In this document: one piece after another, positions 52,601-60,555 of the stretch
How positions within the stretch are numbered: the stretch's first letter is position 1
Layout of the letters: each line of letters opens with the position of its first letter
From: an uncultured delta proteobacterium
GTDB lineage: Bacteria; Myxococcota_A; Polyangia; Fen-1088
Assembly: GCA_963737265.1 (NCBI GenBank)
Contig: CAVTRY010000007.1
Location: 192,001 to 256,000 of the forward strand
DNA: 64,000 nt
Direction of reading: 5' to 3'
Translations under genes and position numbers: made by a program
The notes under the pieces: model-generated
What the model was told of the DNA's origin: nothing
The model's input: the letters and a program-made list of their open reading frames with translations, nothing else
The model's database searches: none

Positions 52601-52701
52601 CAAGCCGATGAAGCGCTCGTCAATCCCGCCGCAGAGACAACGTGTAGAATCGAGGCAGCAACTTGGCGGCGGGCTTGCAGCTGAACGGCAAGGCGTTAGC
52701 C
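52601..52701 (+). repeat. attC site 1 (left core interrupted by the intron)
   Basis: caagccgatgaagc...cccgccg/cggcggg stem...gcagctgaacggcaaggcGTTAGCC. Confidence 0.75.
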
Positions 52702-53106
52702 GGACCTCTCTCTGTGACCCTGTTCCCAAAACTGACGTGGACTGTAAACCCGAACCGGCAAGTGAATGCTGGTCTCCAATATGTCCCGATCACCCGAGAC
52801 CAAAGCATCTGCCCTACCGACCACGGCAGAAGCAACGATCCATTCATCATCGGCGTCGCGTAACCCAAGGTCAAGATGCCGCCGAGGCTTGGCGACGACC
52901 TGATGGTCGCGCAAAAGAGCCTCGATCTCGGCGACAACCTTGGGCGGCACCTTGATCCGCTTGAGCAAGGTCCGCTTGAGCTCGGTCAACACAACCTCGC
53001 CGGTGATTAGTTCATGTTCGACGAGGATGTGGCGCAGCAGGTCCGCGCATATTCCGCGGCTCGCGAACGCGCTGACCAGGATATTCGTGTCGAGAAAGAC
53101 CCTCAC
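52696..53106 (-). CDS. PIN-domain toxin (PIN_3 type)
   Basis: MRVFLDTNILVSA, RDADDEWIVASAV, ALVSGDRDIL. Confidence 0.9.
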   Translation of the reverse strand: MRVFLDTNILVSAFASRGICADLLRHILVEHELITGEVVLTELKRTLLKRIKVPPKVVAEIEALLRDHQVVAKPRRHLDLGLRDADDEWIVASAVVGRADALVSGDRDILETSIHLPVRVYSPRQFWEQGHRERSG

Positions 53107-53324
53107 GACACGGCCGAAAAGACGTCTTCGTCAGTCAAGAGTCCCCGAGCTTCGGCAAGCGGAAGGACCATATTCCGGAGGCGTTCGAAGCGAAGGAGAG
53201 ACAGTTGACGTCGAAGAGCGTCTCGTGCCAGGTCACTGCGCGTCCGCCCCGTCTGCTTCGCCAGGCGATCAAGATCGCGTTCCAAGTCGTCATCGAGCCT
53301 CAGGGTCAATGTTCCGTGCTTCAT
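53103..53324 (-). CDS. Ribbon-helix-helix antitoxin
   Basis: TLTLRLDDDL...GRTRSDLARDALRR, GLLTDEDVF; 4-bp overlap with the toxin; palindromic operator tgctaca-a-tgtaaca over its -10 box. Confidence 0.88.
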   Translation of the reverse strand: MKHGTLTLRLDDDLERDLDRLAKQTGRTRSDLARDALRRQLSLLRFERLRNMVLPLAEARGLLTDEDVFSAVS

Positions 53325-53351
53325 GTGCTACAATGTAACACGCGATGGGCC

Positions 53352-53412
53352 GGCTTACCACCGATGAAGACGGGCGCTTGCGCGCCCGCAGCTTATCGGC
53401 GTAGCATCCGAG
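53352..53412 (+). repeat. attC site 2, degenerate
   Basis: GGCTTAC (decayed RYYYAAC), ccgatgaag/cttatcgg arms, cgggcgc-ttgc-gcgcccg stem; right core decayed. Confidence 0.6.
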
Positions 53413-53460
53413 AGACCAAACTTAGGTGTAGTATCAAAATTCAGTCGAAAGGAACGGGCG

Positions 53461-53832
53461 ATGAAGCGCAATGCATTCTTGCTTCCCGTGGTCATGCTCC
53501 TTGCGGTAGCAGGCTCTTGCACCAAGAGCAGCTCCTCGACGGTCGACCTGCGCGGCAGGCTGATCAACGCTCCCGAGGACTACTTCCTCGTCGTCTGTGA
53601 AACGGGAGAGCAGCTATGGGTCGACCTCTATACCCTCCAGCCCTGGTGGTCGCAAATGACCGCAGCCGTAGATGCCGGTGCCGGTCTTGCCCCGCCCCTA
53701 TACGTTGATATGAGGGCCAAGGTGGAAAGCAACGGTCCTTACGGACACGCCGCCAAGACAAATCGTGCGGTTGTGGAGGTCGAGGAAATGCGGACCATCG
53801 ACGCCGTCATTCCAGCAGACTGTTCGCAATGA
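53461..53832 (+). CDS. Cassette-borne lipoprotein of unknown function
   Basis: Lipobox AGSC; GPYGH motif; lies between attC2 and attC3 in array orientation. Confidence 0.75.
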   Translation: MKRNAFLLPVVMLLAVAGSCTKSSSSTVDLRGRLINAPEDYFLVVCETGEQLWVDLYTLQPWWSQMTAAVDAGAGLAPPLYVDMRAKVESNGPYGHAAKTNRAVVEVEEMRTIDAVIPADCSQ

Positions 53833-53840
53833 GGCGGGCT

Positions 53841-53944
53841 GTCGAGCAAGCCGTTGCAGCTGATGTGGTCGCCGCAGGGACATCGTGTACAATCGCTGGG
53901 CCGGCTTGGGGGCGCCCACACCGCTGAACGCGATCGCGTTCGGC
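53841..53944 (+). repeat. attC site 3
   Basis: GTCGAGC-aagccgttgcagctgatgtgg...ccacaccgctgaacgcgatcgc-GTTCGGC, starting 8 bp after the cassette stop codon. Confidence 0.75.
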
Positions 53945-54018
53945 AGACGGCAGTCATCTCGTCTCGCGCGCGACGTAGCCCGTCGGATCGGCCTCGCAGC
54001 AGACTTGTTCCAACCTGA

Positions 54019-54411
54019 CTAGCCAGGTCGGGACGCACTTTTCTTTGCCCGAAACTTCACAGCGGGCAGACCTTCAAAGTCTGCATCCTGCGTCCACAAC
54101 GTCGCTTCAATTTGTCTCGCGGTCGCAAGGACGACGCTGTCGGCAAGGGCCAGCTTCGTGTCGGTTCCAATCTTTGCGGCAATCAGCGCCAAGGCCGAAT
54201 CAAGGTCTAAGACCCTCCCTTGTTGCATCACGGCTACCGCTTGAAGTGCGGGTCCCTCACCACGTTGCTGGCATACCCGTTTGAATACTTCGACCAAACA
54301 GATCGAAGGAACCATCAACTCATCGGTGGCCTCAATCGCCGGTGCAAAGAATCCTGCATTCGGCCCATCCGCGAAGTATTCCAGCCAGGCGGAAGAATCA
54401 ACAACGTTCAC
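54019..54411 (-). CDS. vapC: VapC-family PIN toxin
   Basis: MNVVDSSAWLEYF, LALADSVVLATA, LWTQDADF. Confidence 0.9.
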   Translation of the reverse strand: MNVVDSSAWLEYFADGPNAGFFAPAIEATDELMVPSICLVEVFKRVCQQRGEGPALQAVAVMQQGRVLDLDSALALIAAKIGTDTKLALADSVVLATARQIEATLWTQDADFEGLPAVKFRAKKSASRPG

Positions 54412-54614
54412 ACTCGATCCTTGTCGCGAGGTACCGTCGTGTTGATTCCTTTCAAGAAACCACGCATCTCGCGTGGAGATCGGACAGGAATGAACTCGAC
54501 TCGATCAAGGTACTGCAAGGCTTCCACCTTTTGCCCGGCCTTCAGCCCAAGGGTCTTACGGATTCGCAGAGGTATGACTACCTGGAATTTTGGGGATAGC
54601 GTGACCGTCGACAT
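54408..54614 (-). CDS. AbrB/MazE/SpoVT-type antitoxin
   Basis: MSTVTLSPKFQVVIPLRIRKTLGLKAGQKV; 4-bp overlap with vapC. Confidence 0.88.
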   Translation of the reverse strand: MSTVTLSPKFQVVIPLRIRKTLGLKAGQKVEALQYLDRVEFIPVRSPREMRGFLKGINTTVPRDKDRV

Positions 54615-54673
54615 AATTTCCTTCGTACAACGATATGGTAATCTATCATTAGATCGTTGTACGATGCAGGGCT

Positions 54674-54710
54674 GGCTAACCAAGCCGTTGAAGACAGCAA
54701 GGCGTTCGGC
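54674..54710 (+). repeat. attC site 4, internally deleted (37 bp)
   Basis: GGCTAAC-caagccgttgaag-acagcaaggc-GTTCGGC; both ends match the other attCs, central stem missing. Confidence 0.6.
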
Positions 54711-54801
54711 AGACTGGCGCGACGCAGACTGGGCCCTTGGACAGGGCATCCACTCGCTTGCACTACCATATGCATACATGTGCCTCATGCCGTCAGAGCG
54801 G

Positions 54802-56109
54802 TCACGGGCGGACGAAGGCGTCGTAGATCGCGCGCAGGCCTTTGGGAAGATCGGCGGCGTCGACGCCGACGATGATGGACAGCTCGGAGGCGCCTTGGTC
54901 GATGATACGCACGTTGACGCCTGCCTGCGCGAGCGCTCCAAAGAGGCGCGACGAAACACCGATCCGGCGCGACATGCCGTATCCGACGGTGGCGATGAGC
55001 GCGAGGTTGCGCTCGACGCTGATGGAATCGGGATCGCAGGCACCGCGGATCTCTTGCAGCACGGTGTCCTCGACCACCTCGAAGTTTTTCTGGTCGATGA
55101 CCACGCACATGGAATCGATTCCCGACGGCGACAGCTCGTAGCTCACGCCCTTGGTCTCGAGAATGCCCAGCACGCGGCGGCCGAAGCCGCGCTCTTTGTT
55201 CATGAGCGTCTTTTCGATCTGGAGAATGCAGAACCCGTTGCGACCGGCGACGCCGGCGATGGGGCGATCCGCGGCTTGATTCTCGGGAACGATCAAGGTT
55301 CCCGCGGCGCTGGGATCGTTGGTGTTGGCGATGCGGATGGGAATGCCCACCTGTTTGCAGGGCAGGATGGCTTCTTCGTGAAAGACGTTCGCGCCGGAAT
55401 AGGCAAGCTCGCGCAGCTCGCGGTAAGTCACTTGTTCCATGGGCGCGGCGTCGGGAACGATGCGTGGGTCGGCCATGAGCAGGCCAGAAACGTCGGTCCA
55501 GTTCTCGTACAGCGTGGCAGCCGCGGCGCGGGCGAGAATGGCGCCTGAAATGTCCGAGCCGCCGCGCGAGAAGGTCTTGACCTTGCCCTGCGGTCCCGTG
55601 CCGTAAAAGCCGGGAAGCACGAAAATTCCTTGCCCCGGAAGATGGCCGGGTAGCTCCTTCCAGGTCCGCTCGTCGACGAGGCCGTTCGAGGTCAGAAAGA
55701 CCGTGCCTTCGGCTTCGACGAAAGTGCCGCGCAAATATGCCGCCATGATGCGCGCCGAGAAATGTTCGCCACGCGAGGCAATCCAATCGCGGTCGGCACC
55801 CGCGCGCACGGCCTTTTCCAACGAATCGATGAGCGCGGACATCCCGGCATCGACCGAAAGGTCGCGCTCAATCTCAAGGAAGCGTCCACGCAAGAGCGCA
55901 ATCGAAGGCCCAGGATCCATGTCGCGCGAAACCATCTCGTGGATGGAGAGGAGAATGTCGGTGACCTTGGGATCCTGCTTGTGCCGCTTGCCCGGCGCGG
56001 AAACCACGACCGCACGTCGTCGCGCATCGGAGCGGATGATGTCCGCAACCTTGCGGAACTGAGCGGCATCGGCAAGGGAAGTTCCCCCGAACTTGCAGGC
56101 AATGGTCAT
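54802..56109 (-). CDS. lysC: Aspartate kinase
   Basis: CKFGGTSLA, VVVSAPGK, SRGEHFSA, TFSRGGSDISG, WTDVSG, two ACT domains (DQGASELSI). Confidence 0.93.
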   Translation of the reverse strand: MTIACKFGGTSLADAAQFRKVADIIRSDARRRAVVVSAPGKRHKQDPKVTDILLSIHEMVSRDMDPGPSIALLRGRFLEIERDLSVDAGMSALIDSLEKAVRAGADRDWIASRGEHFSARIMAAYLRGTFVEAEGTVFLTSNGLVDERTWKELPGHLPGQGIFVLPGFYGTGPQGKVKTFSRGGSDISGAILARAAAATLYENWTDVSGLLMADPRIVPDAAPMEQVTYRELRELAYSGANVFHEEAILPCKQVGIPIRIANTNDPSAAGTLIVPENQAADRPIAGVAGRNGFCILQIEKTLMNKERGFGRRVLGILETKGVSYELSPSGIDSMCVVIDQKNFEVVEDTVLQEIRGACDPDSISVERNLALIATVGYGMSRRIGVSSRLFGALAQAGVNVRIIDQGASELSIIVGVDAADLPKGLRAIYDAFVRP

Positions 56110-56241
56110 GGCTTCCTTACTTCCCCGATCCGCAGCGGGGAAGCAAGCCCCAAACCGAGCGCTGTGGGCATCTCGGCGCGCGCCTGCTCGCGCAACGATC
56201 AACCGGTGTTTCCGACAAGCGTTTCGGAGAGGCGCTTCGGA

Positions 56242-56283
56242 CAAGCGCTTCCGTCCAGTGTTGCCTCCTGGCGGAAGCGCTTG
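56242..56283. repeat. 12-bp perfect inverted repeat between hsp20 and lysC
   Basis: caagcgcttccg...cggaagcgcttg; a third related copy gacaagcgtttcgg at 56214. Confidence 0.5.
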
Positions 56284-56301
56284 GCAGATGCGGTAGCCAC
56301 G

Positions 56302-56712
56302 CTAGTTCGTTTTCACGGCGATCTGCCGCGGCTTCGCGTGCTCCAGCTTCGGCAGCTCGAGGCGGAGGACGCCACTTGTCAGCTTGGCGTCGATCTTCGC
56401 TTGGTCGATTACTTCCGACAGAGTGAACTGACGGAAGAACGTGCCCGCTTGGTACTCGCGCAGAACGCTCGTCTCGCTGGCGGATTCGGGTGCGTCGATG
56501 TGGGCGCTCAACGTCAGCACGTCTTCGCGCAAGTCGATCTTGAGGCCCTCTGCCTTTACGCCCGGCATGTCGGCGAGCACGGTGATGCAGTTGTCGTTCT
56601 CGAAAATATCGACCGCCGGTAGGTAGACCGGCCCGGGGCGCGTCTGTTCGGGAACGGCCGGTACGCCTGTCTTCTCGGTCTTCTGCAAGTCTTTATTGGA
56701 TTCCTTGAACAT
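56302..56712 (-). CDS. Hsp20/alpha-crystallin small heat-shock protein
   Basis: PAVDIFE, ADMPGV, FFRQFTL, GVLRLELPK. Confidence 0.92.
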   Translation of the reverse strand: MFKESNKDLQKTEKTGVPAVPEQTRPGPVYLPAVDIFENDNCITVLADMPGVKAEGLKIDLREDVLTLSAHIDAPESASETSVLREYQAGTFFRQFTLSEVIDQAKIDAKLTSGVLRLELPKLEHAKPRQIAVKTN

Positions 56713-56762
56713 GGCGACTCCTCCTGATTCAAAACGATTCTGTAGTTCCGCCTTAGTTCCGC

Positions 56763-57230
56763 CTATGCCTTCACCACGATCTGCCGTGGCTTGGCCGCTT
56801 CCGCCTTGGGCAGCGTAAGTGTCAGCACACCGTCGATGTAGCGTGCCTCGACGCGATCCGCGGCTACCTCTCCGGGCAGGGTCACGGTGCGGCTGAATTC
56901 TCCCTCGGCGCGCTCCTTGCGATGGTAGCTGACGCCGTTCTGTTCCTGCGCGATTTCGCGCTTTCCCGAAATTGATACGCGATTGCGAAGCGCGGAGATC
57001 GAGAGGGCCTCGGCCTTCACGCCCGGGATTTCAGCACGCACGTAGAAATGGTTGTTGTCTTGGGTAACGTTCATGGGTGGGAAAACTCCCGCCGCGATCT
57101 CGCTCGATGTGTCCGCGCCCGACAGCGTGTCGAACACGCGCAGCATTTCACGCCGTAGCTGATCGAATTCGGCGAAGGGGTTTTCGAAGGCTGGCCTCGA
57201 AGGCCAAACTCTCTTGAAAAGCATGGTCAT
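56763..57230 (-). CDS. Hsp20/alpha-crystallin small heat-shock protein
   Basis: VFPPMNV, AEIPGV, YHRKERAEGEFSRTVTLP, DGVLTLTLPK. Confidence 0.92.
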   Translation of the reverse strand: MTMLFKRVWPSRPAFENPFAEFDQLRREMLRVFDTLSGADTSSEIAAGVFPPMNVTQDNNHFYVRAEIPGVKAEALSISALRNRVSISGKREIAQEQNGVSYHRKERAEGEFSRTVTLPGEVAADRVEARYIDGVLTLTLPKAEAAKPRQIVVKA

Positions 57231-57274
57231 CCTCCTCGGTTGGTTGTTCGAACTGCCTGGATAATTCGGCTTCG

Positions 57275-57310
57275 TGAAGGTTAAGTAACCACCTTCAAAA
57301 AGCCGTCAAG
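57275..57310 (-). promoter_or_regulatory. Putative hsp20 promoter with overlapping palindrome
   Basis: cTTGACG-16 nt-TACTTA; TGAAGGT-N9-ACCTTCA covers the -10 region. Confidence 0.45.
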
Positions 57311-57340
57311 GGGTCCGAATTCCGCTGGTGACGGACCGCG

Positions 57341-58879
57341 CTACCCATGCAGAAAGGTCAGCGACTTGGCGGTCCAGTCGATGATGGGCGTCCACCACAG
57401 GCCGAACAGGATCAGCGCGGCCGAGAAAGTGCCGAGCATGATTTGATAACCGATGCGCGGGCGCACGATGAGCTCGCCCGCGGGTTCGTCGAGGAACATG
57501 GCACGCACGATGCGCAGGTAGTAATAGAGCGAAACGGCAGTGTTGAGGGCGGCGATGACGGCGAGCACCACGTACCAGCCACCGCCCTCTTCGGAATAGT
57601 GGTTCAGCACGGCCACGAACAGGTACCACTTGCCGGCAAAGCCGGCCAAGGGCGGCAGGCCGGTGAGCGAGAAGAGAAACACGGCAAGGCTGATGGCCAG
57701 TAGAGGATGGCGGCGCACCAGGCCCTTGCAATCGGCGACGGTTTCCGAACCCGTGGCCTGGCCGATGGCGATGACGGCGAGAAAGGCTCCGAGGTTCATC
57801 ACGAGATAGACCAGCAGGTAGATCATCACGCTCTGCACGCCGAGCAGCGACGCCGCCGAAAGCCCCATGAGGGCGTAGCCCGCGTGCGAGATGGACGAGT
57901 AGGCGAGCAGGCGCTTGAGGTTGTTCTGGTGAAGCGCGGTGAAATTGCCGAGGGTCATGGTGACCGCGGCGAGCACGCCCACGATGGCGGGCCAGGGCAC
58001 ATCGTTGAGCCCGCGGGCAACGCCTTCGGCTCCGGCGGAACTGGCAAGCGAGCTGTAGAGGACGCGAATGGCGAGCGCGAATCCAGCTGCCTTCGGACCC
58101 ACGGAAAGAAAGGCCGTGAAGGGTGTCGGCGCGCCTTCGTAGACATCGGGACACCACATGTGCCAAGGCACGGCGGCGATCTTGTAGCCGATCCCGCATA
58201 GCACGAAGATGACGGAGACAATAAAGGCCAAGCGCAAGGCGGCCTGACTGCCCGCCACCGCCGGCATGGCGAGGGCGTCGAGGCGCGCGCCGAGACCGAG
58301 TAGGCTGGTGCTGCCAGTCAGGCCATAGATGTACGAAAGACCGAAGAGCATGATGCCGGAGGCGACGCCACCGTAGATAACGTATTTGAGCGAAGCCTCG
58401 GCGGCGCGCCGGTCGCCAGGTTTGTAACCGGCAAGGGCATAGCTCGGCAGCGAAACCATCTCGACCGCGAGGTAGAGCATGAGCAGGTCGGTCGAGCTGG
58501 CCATCAGAAACATGCCGAGCACCACCGACAGCAGCAGGGCGTAGAACACGCCGATGCGCTGCCGCCCGAAATCTCCGGAGCCTGCGGCGATGAGAACGGT
58601 CAGGGCGCCTGCGGCCAGGAACAACCACTTGAAGAAGGTCGCGAAGGGATCGCTGGCAATCATGCCGTTGAACATCGCCCGGCTTTCGACGTGCTGAAAG
58701 ACGAGGCAACCAGCCGCGACGGCAAGACACGTCAGCGCGCCGAGAGTCAGGAAGAGGACGCGATGGCGGCTTTTCTTCCAACCCAAATCGAGGAGCAAGA
58801 GCAACAGAACGCCCGCGGTCAGGACCAATTCGGGCCTGAACCAGGACGCGCTCGCGAGGTTGAATTGGGTAGTGGTCAT
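57341..58879 (-). CDS. nuoN: NADH-quinone oxidoreductase subunit N
   Basis: EASLKYVIYG, YKIAAVPWHMWCPDVYEGAPTP, KRLLAYSSISHAGY. Confidence 0.95.
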   Translation of the reverse strand: MTTTQFNLASASWFRPELVLTAGVLLLLLLDLGWKKSRHRVLFLTLGALTCLAVAAGCLVFQHVESRAMFNGMIASDPFATFFKWLFLAAGALTVLIAAGSGDFGRQRIGVFYALLLSVVLGMFLMASSTDLLMLYLAVEMVSLPSYALAGYKPGDRRAAEASLKYVIYGGVASGIMLFGLSYIYGLTGSTSLLGLGARLDALAMPAVAGSQAALRLAFIVSVIFVLCGIGYKIAAVPWHMWCPDVYEGAPTPFTAFLSVGPKAAGFALAIRVLYSSLASSAGAEGVARGLNDVPWPAIVGVLAAVTMTLGNFTALHQNNLKRLLAYSSISHAGYALMGLSAASLLGVQSVMIYLLVYLVMNLGAFLAVIAIGQATGSETVADCKGLVRRHPLLAISLAVFLFSLTGLPPLAGFAGKWYLFVAVLNHYSEEGGGWYVVLAVIAALNTAVSLYYYLRIVRAMFLDEPAGELIVRPRIGYQIMLGTFSAALILFGLWWTPIIDWTAKSLTFLHG

Positions 58880-58886
58880 GCGTTTC

Positions 58887-60536
58887 TCACAGCGGTTTGA
58901 TGCCAGCAATAAGCTGGATCAGGGCTGGATTGATGACGCTCAGGATGGCTTGCGGGTAGAAGCCGAGCCCGATGGCGATGGCGCCGAGCGGATAGAGCAC
59001 GATGCGCTCGCGCCAGTTAAGGTCGGGGTAGTCTTTGTAGATGGGATTGAGCTTGCCGAGGAAGGCGCGGTGGATGGCCCACAGGTAATAGGCCGCGGTG
59101 ATGATGACCGCGGTTGCCGAGATGGCGGTGAACAGCATGTAGGTTGGGAACGAGCCCGACAGAACCAGGAACTCGGACACGAAGCCGCACATGCCGGGCA
59201 GACCGAGCGACGCGAAGAAAGCGAGTCCCGTCATCGCGGTGTATTCGGGCATGGCCGCGGCGAGACCGCCGAAGCGGCCGATCTCGCGGTGGTGGGCGCG
59301 GTCGTAGATCACGCCCACGATAAGGAAGAGCATGGGCGAAACGATGCCGTGGGAGAACATGTTGAACACGGCACCCGAGATGCCCGCCGGGGTCATGGCC
59401 GCCATGCCGAGCAGGGTGAAGCCCATGTGGCTCACCGACGAGTAGGCGATGAGCTTCTTGAGATCGCTCTGCGCCAGACACACGAAGGCGGCGTAGACGA
59501 TGTTGATGACGCCGAAAAGCGCGATGGCGTTGGCAGCCCAAGCGGTGGCGTCGGGCAGAAGCGGGTAGTTGAAGCGCAAGATGCCGTAAGGACCCATCTT
59601 CAGGAGCACGCCGGCCAGGATAACCGAGACGGGCGTGGGCGCCTCGACGTGCGCGTCGGGCAACCACGTATGGAACGGGAACATGGGGATCTTGATGGCG
59701 AAGCCGATGAAGAGCGCGATGAACGCGATCTTGCTGAAGGCGAAGCCGAACACGGCGGCCGAATGCGCGAATACGCCCTCGTGCCCTTGGGTCGCCAAGG
59801 CGAGCAGGTTGAAGGTGTGGCCGCTCGACATGGTGCCATCGGCGAGGGGCGCGGCGTGGCTGTTGTAGTAGATGCCGATGATCGCCAGCAGCATCAGCAC
59901 CGAGCCCACCAAGGTGTAGAGAAAGAACTTGATGGCGGCGTATTCCTTGCGCGGCCCGCCCCAGATGCCGATGAGGAAATACATCGGCAACAGCATCACC
60001 TCCCAGAACACGTAGAACAGGAACATGTCGAGCGAGACGAAGGTGCCCATCATACCGGTCTGGAGCAGCAGCAGCATGCACATGTAGCCCGGCACCATGC
60101 GCACCGAGAAGTGTTTCGGGTGGTGGCCGTCGTCATGCCCATGTTCGGTCATGCCGGCCATCTCGCTGTACTTGGCGCCGCCCCACCACGGCATGGAAGC
60201 GATGAAGGCGACGACCGAAATGATGCCGGTGAGGAGCACCATCGACACCGACAGGCCATCGACGCCCATCAGGTACTCGATGTTGAAGGTCTTGATCCAG
60301 GTGAAATGTTGGACCATTTGAACGCCCGACTTGGCCGGGTCGAACCACACCCACACCAGGATCGAACAGATCAGCGACAGGCCGCTGGCAGCAAGCCCCA
60401 CGATGCGCGCAAGCTGATCGAGCGCATGGCGAGAAAGGCCCAGGAAATAGCGGGCAGCGGTGAACAGGAGGATCACCGCCAACCCGATGAGCGGGAAGAA
60501 AGTGGCCCAGGAGAGGACGTTCTGTTGGCTGATCAT
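58887..60536 (-). CDS. nuoM: NADH-quinone oxidoreductase subunit M
   Basis: GVDGLS, FYVFWEVMLLPMY, KIPMFPFHTWLPDAHVEAPT, KKLIAYSSVSHMG. Confidence 0.95.
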   Translation of the reverse strand: MISQQNVLSWATFFPLIGLAVILLFTAARYFLGLSRHALDQLARIVGLAASGLSLICSILVWVWFDPAKSGVQMVQHFTWIKTFNIEYLMGVDGLSVSMVLLTGIISVVAFIASMPWWGGAKYSEMAGMTEHGHDDGHHPKHFSVRMVPGYMCMLLLLQTGMMGTFVSLDMFLFYVFWEVMLLPMYFLIGIWGGPRKEYAAIKFFLYTLVGSVLMLLAIIGIYYNSHAAPLADGTMSSGHTFNLLALATQGHEGVFAHSAAVFGFAFSKIAFIALFIGFAIKIPMFPFHTWLPDAHVEAPTPVSVILAGVLLKMGPYGILRFNYPLLPDATAWAANAIALFGVINIVYAAFVCLAQSDLKKLIAYSSVSHMGFTLLGMAAMTPAGISGAVFNMFSHGIVSPMLFLIVGVIYDRAHHREIGRFGGLAAAMPEYTAMTGLAFFASLGLPGMCGFVSEFLVLSGSFPTYMLFTAISATAVIITAAYYLWAIHRAFLGKLNPIYKDYPDLNWRERIVLYPLGAIAIGLGFYPQAILSVINPALIQLIAGIKPL

Positions 60537-60555
60537 GAGCGCATTACCCCGGTCG

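Noticed and set aside
52601-54710. CRISPR array
   Set aside because: Repeats are imperfect palindromes separated by whole genes, which fits attC sites; no cas genes or constant-length spacers.
56110-56300. Lysine riboswitch upstream of aspartate kinase
   Set aside because: Conserved L-box sequence features were not recognisable.
56743-56764. 11-bp tandem repeat tagttccgcct x2 between the hsp20 genes
   Set aside because: Two copies only; likely a local duplication with no evident function.
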